Below are positions 1-10,452 of a stretch of DNA of 64,000 bases, in pieces; position 1 is the stretch's first letter; each line of letters opens with the position of its first letter. Origin of the DNA: an uncultured Pseudomonadota bacterium (GTDB lineage Bacteria; Vulcanimicrobiota; Vulcanimicrobiia; Eremiobacterales; Eremiobacteraceae). The notes below the pieces were generated by a model. The model did no database searches, had not been told where the DNA came from, and was given only the letters and a program-made list of their open reading frames with translations. The translations under genes and the position numbers were made by a program. Location of the stretch: assembly GCA_963736005.1 (NCBI GenBank), contig CAVTNB010000003.1, positions 160,001 to 224,000 of the forward strand, written 5' to 3'.

Positions 1-419
1 CGCGTCGCAATTGCAAACAAGACAGCATCGACCAGCACGAGCACGACGAGCCCAGCAGGCAAAGTTAGCATGGCCACATCGAGAGCTGGTATCATGACAA
101 AAAGCGTCATGCCGTACAGTTTGGTGACCAGCGCAGCGTAGGCGACGTCAATGGTCACGAGCGCCGGGACCACGAGCGGGTGCATTTGCGCAAATCGAAG
201 ATCTCCGCGATCGCGCTGTTGATAGATGGCTGCGAATACCGTCGTGATTGCACCGTACACTAAGAGCGCCCAACGGATATTTGCAGGAACCGCTGCGGCC
301 ATCGGGAGGGCAAGAAGATAGCCAATGGCAAGCCATCGCGCAGCAGCGACCACGAGCGGATAGGTCAGTGCGTCCGCAAGCCGGCGCACCCCGTGATCGG
401 ATAGGTCCTTTGTCCTCAC
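1..419 (-). CDS. Multi-pass membrane protein, partial (runs off the window edge)
   Basis: My own translation from GTG 419: MRTKDLSDHGVRRLADALTYPLVVAAARWLAIGYLLAL...; open to base 1 with several hydrophobic helices; not in the ORF track. Confidence 0.6.
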   Translation of the reverse strand, partial: MRTKDLSDHGVRRLADALTYPLVVAAARWLAIGYLLALPMAAAVPANIRWALLVYGAITTVFAAIYQQRDRGDLRFAQMHPLVVPALVTIDVAYAALVTKLYGMTLFVMIPALDVAMLTLPAGLVVLVLVDAVLFAIAT

Positions 420-504
420 AATACAAAGGACGGTTGCGGGCCGGCTATGTTACAGCAGCCGTGCGAATGCGCGAGGAGTGACGCGCATCACACCCCGAGC
501 AACC

Positions 505-3036
505 CTAGAGCATCTTGATTTCCAGTTGATCTTGCTCCACCGACCCCTTGCCGGCTGCTTTCGAACGCTTCGTCGTCACTGCCGGCCGTTGCTCGAGTTC
601 CGCGGCGATCTCTTGAGCTCGCTGCACGACCGGCTTGGGTAGGCCCGCCATGTTGGCGACCGCGATGCCGAACGATCGACTGCTCGACCCCGGCAGTAGA
701 CGATGGGAAAAAACTGGTCCGGTTGGCTCGTCGGCCACCGCAACGTGAAGATTCGCGATCGCGCGGTACGACTTCGCTAGATCCACGAGCTCGTGAAAAT
801 GCGTTGCGAACAAAACGATCGGGAGCGCTTCGCCCAAATTGAGCAAGTATTCACTAATGGCTTGCGCGATGGACAAGCCATCGATCGTGCCGGTTCCCCG
901 GCCAACTTCGTCGATCAAGAGCAAACTGCGTGGCGTGCAGTTGCGTAAGATCAGGGCCATCTCGGCCATCTCGACATAGAACGTGGAACGGCCAGCGGCG
1001 ATGTCATCACCCGCGCCGATTCTCGTGAAGAGTCGATCGACGACGCCCAGCCGAGCGTTGGCCGCGGGCACAAATGATCCCATCTGCGCGAGAATCGACA
1101 TGAGCGCCGTCTGTCTGAGATAGGTGGATTTTCCGCCCATGTTTGGACCGGTGATGAGCAAGAAGCGGTGCTCGCCATCCACTCGACACTCATTGGGAAC
1201 GAAATCGAGGCCGCCGTACGCCTCGACGACTGGGTGTCTGCCGGCATCAACGGTTAAGCTGCTCTCCTCGAGCATCACCGGTCGCACGTACCGTCGTTCG
1301 GCTGCCACCTGTGCAAGCGAGCAGAAAACATCGATTTCTGCGATGATCCGAGCACACGCCAGCAAACCAGGCCGCAAACTGTCTATTCGCTCCACGAGTT
1401 CGTCGAAGAGCCGCCTTTCGAGGGTGACCTGGTGCGATCGACTCGTTACTAAGCGGGTTTCCAGCTCTTTGAGGCGCGGATCGCTGAACCGCTCGGCGTT
1501 CACCAGACTCTGCTTGCGCACGAACTCCGCGGGCATAGCTTGGGCGTGACTGCGCGTGACCTCATAGTAGTACCCGAATGCCTGGGTGTATTTGATCTTG
1601 AGTACCTTGACGCCGGTCTCCGTGCGCACGTCAGCTTCGAGCGAGAGGAGCTGCTCCCGTCCGTTGTTGCGCAAGCCGAGCAGCTCAGCGAGTTCGGCGC
1701 TGTGCTGCGGTCGAATGACGCCTCCTTCGAGGAGCGTCGCGCTCGGTTCGTCGAGCAAGGTCTGTGCGATGATTGCGCAAGCGTCTGTTGCCGCATCATC
1801 CCCCGCGAGCGCTGCTGCAAAAGAGCCAAACAGTTTGCCGCCCATTCCGCGCAATTGCTCCGCCGCCACGGCAACGAATTCGAGCGAGCGGCGTAACCCT
1901 GCGAGATCGCGTGGCCCGGCTCGGCGCGCGTGGATCTTCTGAGCGATCCGCTCGATGTCGCCGATCGTGCCAAGCGTCCGCTGCAGATCCAGTCGAAATG
2001 ACGGGGCATCAAAAAATGCCTCGACGCTATCGTGCCTGTGGGCGATCGCCGCAAGGTCCAGCAGCGGAGCGCACATCCACGAAGCGATCAGGCGACTTCC
2101 CATTGGAGTTTTCGCCTTGCTCACCACACCGAGTAACGAGGCGGCTTTGCTTTCCCCCGATCCCGCCAACAGATCCAGGTGCCCCCGCGTCGTGCGATCG
2201 AGGACCATGGTCCGGCGGGTCTCATGCAACACGGCTGATTCCGTCAGCGTCCTGCCATCGATGCGTACGTATCGAAGGTAGCGTTCGAGCAATTGTAATG
2301 CTTCGCGAGCAGCCGCGCGTTCGGCCATGGCGACGCGAGCAACGACCGGCGGATCCGCAGACTGCGCTTCGGCCGGGTCGCAAACTGCGATGCGACACTC
2401 AGAGGAAACCAGGGGTTTGAATCGCTCGATATCCTCGTCCGCTTCAACAATCAATTCTGCCGGCGAGAGGCGACCGAGCTCCGAGGCGAGCGCGTCTTCG
2501 TCTTCGACGATGCTCATAGCGGTCGATGAGGTCGAGATGTCCGTTGACGCGATCGCGGTGACTCCCGCGGCCTGCGCGACGGCGCAAAGAAAATTGTTGC
2601 GCGAGGCCTCAAGGAATTGGTCTTCGAGCACTGTTCCCGGGGTGAGCACGCGCACGATCTCGCGGCGCACGAGCCGATTAGGGACAGGTTCTTCCATTTG
2701 TTCGGCCATGGCGACGATGCGACGCTGACGCAGAAGCCGCGCTAAGTAGTGGTCGACGCTGTGGTGCGGCACTCCAGCCATGGCAACGCGCTTGCCTTTG
2801 CCCGCCTCTTTCGAAGTGCACACGATATTGAGCGCGGTGGCGAGCTCGCTTGCGTCATCACCGTACGCCTCGTAAAAATCTCCGACCCGCGAAAGCAACA
2901 ACGCTTCCGGATATTCGGCTTTAAGCGAGAGGTACTGAGCGATCAGGGGCGAGGTGCCAGAGGCTTCCGAGGCGGCATCGACAGCCGCCGTTCGCGCCGT
3001 CTTGGTTTTCCTTGCGTCCTCGTGCGGCGCTCGCAC
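505..3036 (-). CDS. mutS: DNA mismatch repair protein MutS
   Basis: GDFYE mismatch motif, Walker A GPNMGGKS, STFYVEM, DEVGRGT, FATHFHEL; start moved to GTG 3036, downstream of the miaB stop. Confidence 0.97.
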   Translation of the reverse strand: MRAPHEDARKTKTARTAAVDAASEASGTSPLIAQYLSLKAEYPEALLLSRVGDFYEAYGDDASELATALNIVCTSKEAGKGKRVAMAGVPHHSVDHYLARLLRQRRIVAMAEQMEEPVPNRLVRREIVRVLTPGTVLEDQFLEASRNNFLCAVAQAAGVTAIASTDISTSSTAMSIVEDEDALASELGRLSPAELIVEADEDIERFKPLVSSECRIAVCDPAEAQSADPPVVARVAMAERAAAREALQLLERYLRYVRIDGRTLTESAVLHETRRTMVLDRTTRGHLDLLAGSGESKAASLLGVVSKAKTPMGSRLIASWMCAPLLDLAAIAHRHDSVEAFFDAPSFRLDLQRTLGTIGDIERIAQKIHARRAGPRDLAGLRRSLEFVAVAAEQLRGMGGKLFGSFAAALAGDDAATDACAIIAQTLLDEPSATLLEGGVIRPQHSAELAELLGLRNNGREQLLSLEADVRTETGVKVLKIKYTQAFGYYYEVTRSHAQAMPAEFVRKQSLVNAERFSDPRLKELETRLVTSRSHQVTLERRLFDELVERIDSLRPGLLACARIIAEIDVFCSLAQVAAERRYVRPVMLEESSLTVDAGRHPVVEAYGGLDFVPNECRVDGEHRFLLITGPNMGGKSTYLRQTALMSILAQMGSFVPAANARLGVVDRLFTRIGAGDDIAAGRSTFYVEMAEMALILRNCTPRSLLLIDEVGRGTGTIDGLSIAQAISEYLLNLGEALPIVLFATHFHELVDLAKSYRAIANLHVAVADEPTGPVFSHRLLPGSSSRSFGIAVANMAGLPKPVVQRAQEIAAELEQRPAVTTKRSKAAGKGSVEQDQLEIKML

Positions 3037-3056
3037 ACCGCGGGCGTTGCGAATGG

Positions 3057-4367
3057 TTATGCCACCTGACCGATGAGGCCCCATGAATGCGCCTGCTCCA
3101 CCGTCACGTCCACTGACGCAGCATGCTTGGTCTTCTCATCGCGCGGCCAGATGACGGTTACATTGTGCCCGCTCTTACCCGCCATGCGAGTGGCGTCTTT
3201 TTTCGAAGGGCCAGAAGCGAGAACTCGCACCGTTTCACCGAGGAAGCCTTCATGGAAACGCCGCGAGCATTCGTTCTGCGCGGTGTTGATCGCTTGCAGT
3301 CTGCGCAACTTCTCTTGTGGATCTACTTGCGGGGTCATCGTCGCCGCCGGGGTGCCCGATCGCGGCGAGTATGCAAAGATGAAGGCGTATTCGAACGTGC
3401 CGCACCGGACGAGTTCCAACGTTTTTTGAAAGTCGGCTTCGGTTTCGGTGGGAAAACCACAAATGATGTCGGTCGTGAGAGCCCAGCGGGGCAAGCGCTC
3501 TCGGAAATAGGCAATCTTCTCCAGGTACTCTTCGATCGTGTACAGCCGAGCCATCGCCTTGAGCACGTCATTGCTTCCGGATTGGACCGGGAGGTGAAGG
3601 CGGGGCTGCACGTTGGGTAATTCGCTGAGCGCGTCGACAACTTCGCGGTTGAAATCATGCGGGTGCGAGGTCAAAAAGGTTAGCCGATCCAGGCCCTCGA
3701 TCGCGCCAATTCGTCGTAACAGGTTTGCAAAGTTCAGTCCCTCATACGAATACGAGTTGACGTTTTGGCCAAGCAGCGTAATCTCTTTAGCGCCGCAGCG
3801 AATCTCCCGCAGCACTTGCTCCTCGATTTCCTCGGGTGGAATGCTCTCGAGCGGACCGCGCGTGTACGGCACGATACAGTACGTGCAGAACTTTTCACAG
3901 CCGCGCGTGATACTGACGAGCGCCCGCAGGTGCGCGTATTCGAGGGGGGAGTCGCTGTCGGGGGCATCTTCTGCCGAGGGCAAGCGCATCGGGGTTTGGG
4001 GAGGCGGCAGATCGGTCGGCACGCCCCAGTCGGCAAGGAGAGTCTTGAACCGCCGGTATTCTCGGGGACCCAAAAGCGCATCCACCCAGGGCGCCTTCTT
4101 GCGCATGATTTGCCGATCTTTTTCTGCGAGACATCCAGCGACGAGCAACTTGCTGTCCGCCCGCTTGATCGTTTTGAGTTGGCCGAGTCGGCCGTATACA
4201 CGAGTTTCCGCCTTTTCCCGAATGGCACAAGTGTTGACGATGAGGATGTCCGCATTCTCCGGTGCGTCGGTGAAGGAGCATCCCAGCGACCACGCCTGGT
4301 GCGCAAGGCCGTTGGAATCGGCCACGTTCATTTGGCAGCCGAAGGTCTGCAGATAAATCGAGGGCAT
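3057..4367 (-). CDS. miaB: tRNA-i6A37 methylthiotransferase MiaB
   Basis: TFGCQMN, NTCAIREKAE, radical-SAM CEKFCTYC, LLGQNVNSY, C-terminal TRAM-like region. Confidence 0.93.
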   Translation of the reverse strand: MPSIYLQTFGCQMNVADSNGLAHQAWSLGCSFTDAPENADILIVNTCAIREKAETRVYGRLGQLKTIKRADSKLLVAGCLAEKDRQIMRKKAPWVDALLGPREYRRFKTLLADWGVPTDLPPPQTPMRLPSAEDAPDSDSPLEYAHLRALVSITRGCEKFCTYCIVPYTRGPLESIPPEEIEEQVLREIRCGAKEITLLGQNVNSYSYEGLNFANLLRRIGAIEGLDRLTFLTSHPHDFNREVVDALSELPNVQPRLHLPVQSGSNDVLKAMARLYTIEEYLEKIAYFRERLPRWALTTDIICGFPTETEADFQKTLELVRCGTFEYAFIFAYSPRSGTPAATMTPQVDPQEKLRRLQAINTAQNECSRRFHEGFLGETVRVLASGPSKKDATRMAGKSGHNVTVIWPRDEKTKHAASVDVTVEQAHSWGLIGQVA

Positions 4368-4387
4368 CCCCTAGATTTGAAGCCTCT

Positions 4388-4454
4388 GTAGCAGCGCACC
4401 TTTAGGTGCGCTCGATACTCTGCATCCGGAGCGGACCTGAAGGTCCGCTGCTAC
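4388..4454. repeat. Inverted REP doublet (family A, REPIN/BIME-like)
   Basis: GTAGCAGCGCACCTTTAGGTGCGCTC ... GAGCGGACCTGAAGGTCCGCTGCTAC. Confidence 0.85.
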
Positions 4455-4470
4455 GGAGGCTGTGCTTCTG

Positions 4471-5238
4471 CTAGCTCTTGCCGGAGAGGCGGTTGAGCAA
4501 TGAGACCGGTAGGAAGGGCTTGTCGCCCACCATCGCAGGAGCAACGCTCAAGGTACCCGGTTTGCCGTTCATCGTGTAAGCGAGCGACCCCACGGAACAT
4601 TCCAACTCGACGCCTCGGTAGTGAATCGTTATGTCGTCACCATTCACCACGAAGTCGCTGAGCGGCACGTAGTCTTGCAGCGCTGCGAGCATATCTTCGT
4701 TTGTGCTTGACTGCCCGGCGTTTGGACTTTGAGGTGCGAGCGAAATGGTCGTGGTCATGTCGGGATAGATGTGGAAACTGCTGGCGGTTCGTTGGTTGCC
4801 CCGAACGACGACTAAGATGTGATCGCCCGCCGGCAGCTGTTGGGCGTCATTGGTTGACGTCACCTCCGTGCCATCGATAGAAACCTTCGCACCATCGGAA
4901 TCTCGCATGCGCAGGGTCCCTTTAGCCGGATTCGCGGATGGCCGCAATCCGGCATTCTGATTCAGCACGGCGCTCACCGTGGTGACATGACCTACGGTGA
5001 CATCGGCCGCGGTGCTTTGCGGCTGCCAACCAGATCGCGTCAGCAAGATGACGTGATGTCCGCTCTCGAGCCCATCGATGAAAAGTGGAGTCTCGCCGAC
5101 GTATTGTCCGTCCAGCCAAACGGTTGCGCCTGGCGGCAGGGTGGTGACGTACACGCTACCGTGACCCTGCGCGGCCACGCAACAGACCGAAGTTAGGAGC
5201 ATGAGCGCAAACGCAACCGCGGCTATGCGAGACGTCAT
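4471..5238 (-). CDS. Secreted PEGA-domain protein with C-terminal stalk (Cu-amine-oxidase N-terminal-like) segment
   Basis: Signal peptide; VTTLPPGATVWLDGQYVGETP PEGA motif; C-terminal MNGKPGTLSVAPAMVGDKPFLPVS. Confidence 0.75.
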   Translation of the reverse strand: MTSRIAAVAFALMLLTSVCCVAAQGHGSVYVTTLPPGATVWLDGQYVGETPLFIDGLESGHHVILLTRSGWQPQSTAADVTVGHVTTVSAVLNQNAGLRPSANPAKGTLRMRDSDGAKVSIDGTEVTSTNDAQQLPAGDHILVVVRGNQRTASSFHIYPDMTTTISLAPQSPNAGQSSTNEDMLAALQDYVPLSDFVVNGDDITIHYRGVELECSVGSLAYTMNGKPGTLSVAPAMVGDKPFLPVSLLNRLSGKS

Positions 5239-5319
5239 GTCGGAAGTCGTTCTCTTTGGACTTGTGCTGCCCTGTAGCCGGGGGCGACTGCGACTCCGAT
5301 AGCGAATTCTTGCTGCACA

Positions 5320-6702
5320 GTGAGCACCGGGTCAATGCCAATCGTTGCGATCGTCGGTCGTCCCAACGTCGGCAAGTCTGCGCTATTCAACCGGCTCGTG
5401 GGCGAGCGCGTTGCGATCGTCGAGCCGACGCCTGGCGTCACCCGCGATCGCTTGTATGGCGTGGTCGACTGGAACGGCCACCAGTTCACGCTGGTCGATA
5501 CGGGCGGCATCGAGACCGGGCGCGTCGATGACGTCACCGCGCAGACCCGCGGACAGGCGCAGATGGCGATTGACGAAGCCGACCTCATCGTGTTCGTCGT
5601 TGACGCAAAGACGGGCGTCATGCCCGCGGACACGGACGTCGCCAATCTCCTGCGCAGACATCGCGACCGAGTGTTGCTCGTTGCCAACAAGGTCGAATCT
5701 CCCAAAACCTCGGCGAGCATTTACGAATTCTGCTCGCTTGGATTTGACGTGCCGCTTGCAGTCTCGTCCATTCACGGATTGCAAAGTGGAGATTTGCTCG
5801 ACGCCATCGTCGATCGACTTCCCGAACCTACGCCGCATGTTGACAGCGACGACCCAACGATACGCATCGCCATCGTTGGCCAACCCAACGTTGGAAAATC
5901 CTCGCTTGCCAATGCCTTGCTCGGCCGACCGCGTGCGGTCGTGGCCGAGACGCCGGGAACCACGCGCGACGCAACCGACACTGCCATCGAAGCCGATGGC
6001 CGCCATTTTGTCATCATCGATACCGCCGGCATTCGCAGGCACGAGCGACGAGGGCCGGCGCTCGATCATTTCAGCGTCTTGCGAGCGGTTGCTGCGATTG
6101 GACGGTGTGATGTCGCCATTGTGGTCATCGATGTGATGTCCGGCGCCACCGCGCAAGATCGCCGCATCGCTGGCCTAGCCACTGAAGAAGGCAAGGGCCT
6201 CATCCTTTTGATCAACAAAGTTGACCTCGTGGAGGGCAGCGCGTTCGATCGCGAGCAGGCAAGCGAGATTCTCCGCAAGGAGTTCGCATTTGCGCCATAC
6301 GCCTCCATTTTGTATGCGTCTGCGCTGACAAAAAAGGGGGTGTCGAAGATCTGGGGAGCCGCGGCCGCGGTCGCTGATGAGCGGCGCAAGCGCGTGCCGA
6401 CTGCCAAGTTGAACGTCGTGGTGCGCGACGCATTTCGCTCGAGGCCACCTGCTCCGTTCCGCGGACACGCGCTGAAAATTTATTATGCCACGCAGAGCAG
6501 TGTCGCACCGCCCACATTCGTCTTCTTTGTCAACGATGCGCGCTTGGTGCATTTTTCGTACGAGCGCTATCTCGAGAACGCACTGCGCGCTACGTTTGGC
6601 TTCGTTGGAGCTCCCATGCGTCTGGTCTTTCGGCCTAGGGTCCAACAGGATTCGACAAAGGCAGACGATCTGATCGCTTCCGCGACTGAAGAATCATCGT
6701 AA
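5320..6702 (+). CDS. der: Ribosome biogenesis GTPase Der
   Basis: Two G domains (GRPNVGKS/DTGG/NKVE and GQPNVGKS/DTAG/NKVD) plus KH-like tail; start may be ATG 5335. Confidence 0.97.
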   Translation: MSTGSMPIVAIVGRPNVGKSALFNRLVGERVAIVEPTPGVTRDRLYGVVDWNGHQFTLVDTGGIETGRVDDVTAQTRGQAQMAIDEADLIVFVVDAKTGVMPADTDVANLLRRHRDRVLLVANKVESPKTSASIYEFCSLGFDVPLAVSSIHGLQSGDLLDAIVDRLPEPTPHVDSDDPTIRIAIVGQPNVGKSSLANALLGRPRAVVAETPGTTRDATDTAIEADGRHFVIIDTAGIRRHERRGPALDHFSVLRAVAAIGRCDVAIVVIDVMSGATAQDRRIAGLATEEGKGLILLINKVDLVEGSAFDREQASEILRKEFAFAPYASILYASALTKKGVSKIWGAAAAVADERRKRVPTAKLNVVVRDAFRSRPPAPFRGHALKIYYATQSSVAPPTFVFFVNDARLVHFSYERYLENALRATFGFVGAPMRLVFRPRVQQDSTKADDLIASATEESS

Positions 6703-7313
6703 TGATTGTTGCCCTCATCATTGCCGGCTCCTACGTCATTGGCTCCATTCCAGTTGGGATTCTCGTCGGGCGCGGACTGTTCGGCGTCGATCCCCGCACG
6801 GTGGGCAGTGGAAATATTGGAGCCGCCAACTCAATGCGCGCCCTCGGGCCGACCGGAGCGGTGCTCGTCCTCATCGGCGACGTCATCAAGGGATGCGTGC
6901 CCACGGCACTCGCGGCGCATTGGCTCGGATATGGAAATTGGGGAGTGGCGGCAGCCGGGCTTGCGACAGTAGTCGGACACAACTGGTCGATCTTCTTGGG
7001 CTTCAAAGGCGGCAAGGGCGTGGCTACCGGATTAGGCGTTCTCGTCGTCTTGTCATGGCCGGCTACATTTGTCTTCGCGATCGTGTGGCTTGCAACCGCG
7101 GGCATCACCCGCTACTCATCGCTCGGCTCGTTACTTGCCAACCTGTCGGTTCCGATTAGCCTGTGGCTGTTCCACGCGCCAATCTGGTACGTTGGCTACG
7201 GTGTCATTGCCCTGGTTCTCGTGGTTTGGAAGCACGCCGGGAATATTGCGCGCTTAGCAACCGGCACAGAATTACGCATCGGTACATCGAAGGAGCACGG
7301 CCAACAACAATGA
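6702..7313 (+). CDS. plsY: Glycerol-3-phosphate acyltransferase PlsY
   Basis: GSIP, GSGNIGAAN, GH, FKGGKGVAT, YSSLGS, KHAGNIARL; adjacent to der. Confidence 0.96.
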   Translation: MIVALIIAGSYVIGSIPVGILVGRGLFGVDPRTVGSGNIGAANSMRALGPTGAVLVLIGDVIKGCVPTALAAHWLGYGNWGVAAAGLATVVGHNWSIFLGFKGGKGVATGLGVLVVLSWPATFVFAIVWLATAGITRYSSLGSLLANLSVPISLWLFHAPIWYVGYGVIALVLVVWKHAGNIARLATGTELRIGTSKEHGQQQ

Positions 7314-7867
7314 TTTCATCCAATGATTTTCGCACCGGCGTCACGATTATCGTCGACGGGCAACTGTGGCAAGTTGTAGATTTTCAGCACGTAAAGCCTG
7401 GCAAGGGTTCGGCCTTTGTCCGCACTCGGCTGCGAAACGTCATGCGGGGCAACGTACTCGAGAAAACCTTTCGCGCTGGCGAGATGCTGCAACGCGCTAT
7501 CGTTGAGACGCGCGAAATGCAGTATCTGTACGGTACCGCTGACGACTACTGTTTCATGGACAACTCAACCTACGAGCAGGTTCATCTTGGCCACGACCTG
7601 TTAGGCGATAACGTCGACCTGCTCAAAGAGGGCATGGTCATCAACGTGCAGTTCCACGACGGCAAAGTCATCGCGGCTGAACTTCCCAATCATATCGATC
7701 TGGAGGTTGTTGAGACAGATCCTGGCTTCCGCGGCGATACGGCGACCAACGTTCAGAAACCAGCCAAGCTCGAAACTGGTGCAACCATCAATGTGCCGCT
7801 TTTCGTCAACCCGGGCGATCGGATAAGGATCGATACTCGGGATCGCAAGTATATCTCTCGCGTTTGA
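7310..7867 (+). CDS. efp: Elongation factor P
   Basis: HVKPGKGSAFVR, PGFRGDTA, KPAKLETG; 185 aa from ATG 7310 overlapping the plsY stop. Confidence 0.98.
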   Translation: MISSNDFRTGVTIIVDGQLWQVVDFQHVKPGKGSAFVRTRLRNVMRGNVLEKTFRAGEMLQRAIVETREMQYLYGTADDYCFMDNSTYEQVHLGHDLLGDNVDLLKEGMVINVQFHDGKVIAAELPNHIDLEVVETDPGFRGDTATNVQKPAKLETGATINVPLFVNPGDRIRIDTRDRKYISRV

Positions 7868-7873
7868 TGTAAA

Positions 7874-7899
7874 GGGGCGATTTTCCAATCGCCCCCTAC
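7874..7899 (-). repeat. REP family C copy
   Basis: GTAGGGGGCGATTGGAAAATCGCCCC on minus strand; its TAG is the stop of the GIY-YIG gene. Confidence 0.8.
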
Positions 7900-8159
7900 A
7901 CTTTGCGTTTCCAGCGCCGAGCGAGGCTGGCTTTTTCCTGATGGGAGCGGCTTTTCAACGATGCTTCGTAGCTTAGGGCTGCGTTCTTGGTTGCAAGCCG
8001 GCGTGCATACGCTAACCTCACGGGCAGCTTGCCACGCAAGATTTTCGAACCCTTGCCGAGGTTGTGGGCTTTGATGCGCTCGATCGGGTCGCGCGCATAA
8101 CCGCAATAGTAGCTTCCGTCTGCGCAACGCACGAGATAGACCCAGTGACTGCGCATCAT
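7896..8159 (-). CDS. Small GIY-YIG nuclease family protein (UPF0213-like)
   Basis: WVYLVRCADGSYYCGY, RIKAHNLGKGSK, ALSYEASLK. Confidence 0.85.
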   Translation of the reverse strand: MMRSHWVYLVRCADGSYYCGYARDPIERIKAHNLGKGSKILRGKLPVRLAYARRLATKNAALSYEASLKSRSHQEKASLARRWKRKV

Positions 8160-8161
8160 GC

Positions 8162-9001
8162 TCAAATCGCCGAGGTTGGTTCCGCCGCCTTGTCCGAGTC
8201 AAGTTGCGCACGCAGCTCGATCCAGGGTTTCAGATCATCGATCATATTGGCGGCGACTTCGAGTGGCATTGCCTGCTCGCCGTCACATAACGCATTGTGC
8301 GGATCGGGATGCGCCTCGACCATGATGCCGGTTGCGCCCATGGCAACGCATGCCCGCGCTAATTCGGGAATGATGTCAGCGCGGCCGGTCGAATGCGAAA
8401 GATCCACGATGACCGGCAAATGGCTCATGCGAAGCAAGAGCGCGACCCCGGCCAGATCGAGCATGTTCCGCGTGAGTGGTTCGAAAGAGCGCACGCCTCG
8501 CTCGCACAGGATCACATTCTCATTGCCTTGCAGCACATACTCGGCGGCCAACAAGAATTCTTCGATTGTCGCGGACATGCCGCGTTTGACAAGAACAGGC
8601 TTTTTCTGTTTGGCAAGTCGCTTGAGCAGCGAAAAATTCTGCATGTTGCGCGCACCGACTTGTAAAATGTCGAGATACGCTGAGGCCATGTCCACCGATT
8701 CAGTGTCCATCACCTCGGAGACACACAGCATGCCGTGCTCTGCAGCTGCTTGCGCGAGCAGTCGAAGTCCGCTCTCCGCGAGCCCTTGAAATGAGTAGGG
8801 AGACGTGCGCGGCTTGAAGGCGCCGCCTCGCAGGATGCGCACGCCATGGTCGGCAAGGACAGCCGCGGCGCTGTTGATTTGGCTTGCAGATTCGACACTG
8901 CAAGGTCCAGCGATGATGTGGAACCCGGAGTTGAGGTCCAGACCACCCACCGTAACGCCGATGTTGATTTCTTTGCGAGCGCTATACCGCGCCATGCTCA
9001 T
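8162..9001 (-). CDS. aroF: DAHP synthase, type I-beta, catalytic domain only
   Basis: [56 protein letters not shown]. Confidence 0.9.
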   Translation of the reverse strand: MSMARYSARKEINIGVTVGGLDLNSGFHIIAGPCSVESASQINSAAAVLADHGVRILRGGAFKPRTSPYSFQGLAESGLRLLAQAAAEHGMLCVSEVMDTESVDMASAYLDILQVGARNMQNFSLLKRLAKQKKPVLVKRGMSATIEEFLLAAEYVLQGNENVILCERGVRSFEPLTRNMLDLAGVALLLRMSHLPVIVDLSHSTGRADIIPELARACVAMGATGIMVEAHPDPHNALCDGEQAMPLEVAANMIDDLKPWIELRAQLDSDKAAEPTSAI

Positions 9002-9076
9002 TAACCCTCAAGGCTGCGCCCTTCGCGTTTTCGCGTCTGGTTCTTGCCCCGCTTTCGACTTTCGCATGACTGTCGC

Positions 9077-9853
9077 ATGAGCGGACTCGACCTTGCGGCC
9101 TTCCTCGTGCTTGGGTTCGTGGCCGGAGCGTACGGCACGCTGGTGGGCATCGGCGGCGGTTTGCTCGTCGTGCCCGTCTTGATTTTCGCGCACTATCCGC
9201 CCAAGGACGCGGCCGGCACCTCCATGGTCGTTGTGCTGGCCAATGCAGCGTCTGGTTCGGTCAGCTACATTGGTCAGGGCCGCGTGCAGCTGCGCGCGGC
9301 GTTTGTCTTTGCTGTGGCCGGCATCCCCGGAGCCTTGCTCGGCGGCCTCGTGGATCAGTACGTGCCGCAGCGACTGTTCAGCCTGCTCTTTGGAGTGCTG
9401 CTCGCGTTTGTGGCAGTCAGGATTTTTGTCAGTCGAGGACCGGGCGTCAGTAGCAACGGCTCGAGTGCCACGACGGCAAATACTTCAGCCTTCTCGACTC
9501 CGATAGCCGCCATTGTCGGCTTTCTGGCAGGTTTCGTTGCGAGCGTCTTTGGCGTGGGTGGCGGGTTGATCTTTGTTCCGACGATGGTCTACGTCTTTGG
9601 CTTCTTGCCGCACGTGGCCACAGCGACATCGACCTTCATCATCGCGCTGACCGCAATCTTTGGCACGGCCTCACATGCATACTATCACGACATCCGCTGG
9701 GGTCCGGCTTTGGCGATCGCCGGCGGCGCGATTGTGGGCGCGCAGGTGGGCGCGCGCATTGCGCCCCGCATCCACCACTCCCAGCTTCTACGGCTTTTCT
9801 CCATTGCCGTCTTTCTTGCTGCGCTGTGGCTGTTCTACCGCGCCTTGCACTAA
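9077..9853 (+). CDS. Sulfite exporter TauE/SafE (TSUP) family membrane protein
   Basis: Duplicated G(I/V)GGG motifs, AAGTS/ATATS, multiple TM helices. Confidence 0.88.
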   Translation: MSGLDLAAFLVLGFVAGAYGTLVGIGGGLLVVPVLIFAHYPPKDAAGTSMVVVLANAASGSVSYIGQGRVQLRAAFVFAVAGIPGALLGGLVDQYVPQRLFSLLFGVLLAFVAVRIFVSRGPGVSSNGSSATTANTSAFSTPIAAIVGFLAGFVASVFGVGGGLIFVPTMVYVFGFLPHVATATSTFIIALTAIFGTASHAYYHDIRWGPALAIAGGAIVGAQVGARIAPRIHHSQLLRLFSIAVFLAALWLFYRALH

Positions 9854-9864
9854 AGCGACAAAAC

Positions 9865-10446
9865 TTAGCTTTTCCCGTTCGGGCCGCGCCAGCGTGCGAA
9901 GGTCTCGTTGGGCACGCCAAGCGCGTCAAGCGCCTTTCCGACCGTGTGATTGACAATATCATCAATTGTTTTGGGCATCGCGTACATGCCCGGGATGGGT
10001 GGCAAAATCACCGCCCCTATCTCCGCCAGCTGCGCCAGCGTACGCAGGTGCCCAAGATGCAGCGGGGTCTCTCGCACGACGAGGACCAAGCGACGTCGTT
10101 CCTTGAGGCAGACATCGGCGGCGCGCACGAGCAGGTTATCGTTGAACGAGTATGCGATCGCGGCAGCCGACTTTATGGAACAGGGAATCACAAGCATGCC
10201 GTCGGTTTTAAACGAGCCGCTGGATATGGGCGCCGCAACATCGGCGGCGTCGTGCACGTGATGCGCTAAGGCTTCAACGGCAGCAACGGAGTACGATGTT
10301 TCAATCACAAGCGTGCGGCGTGCCTGCTCGCTCATCACGAGATGCACGGTTGCGTTGGGCACGTTGCGCAACGCCTCTAGCGTGCGGATCCCATACAGCG
10401 CTCCGCTTGCCCCCGTGATGCCGACGATGTACCTTGCCATGCTCAC
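9865..10446 (-). CDS. ubiX: Flavin prenyltransferase UbiX family
   Basis: VGITGASG, APISSGS, PCS, RAADVCLKERR, RETPL. Confidence 0.93.
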   Translation of the reverse strand: MSMARYIVGITGASGALYGIRTLEALRNVPNATVHLVMSEQARRTLVIETSYSVAAVEALAHHVHDAADVAAPISSGSFKTDGMLVIPCSIKSAAAIAYSFNDNLLVRAADVCLKERRRLVLVVRETPLHLGHLRTLAQLAEIGAVILPPIPGMYAMPKTIDDIVNHTVGKALDALGVPNETFARWRGPNGKS

Positions 10447-10452
10447 CTGCCC

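Noticed and set aside
7896..8159. GIY-YIG protein as a homing endonuclease or REP mobiliser
   Set aside because: It is a short stand-alone UPF0213-type protein common in bacterial chromosomes, with no intron and no HUH motif
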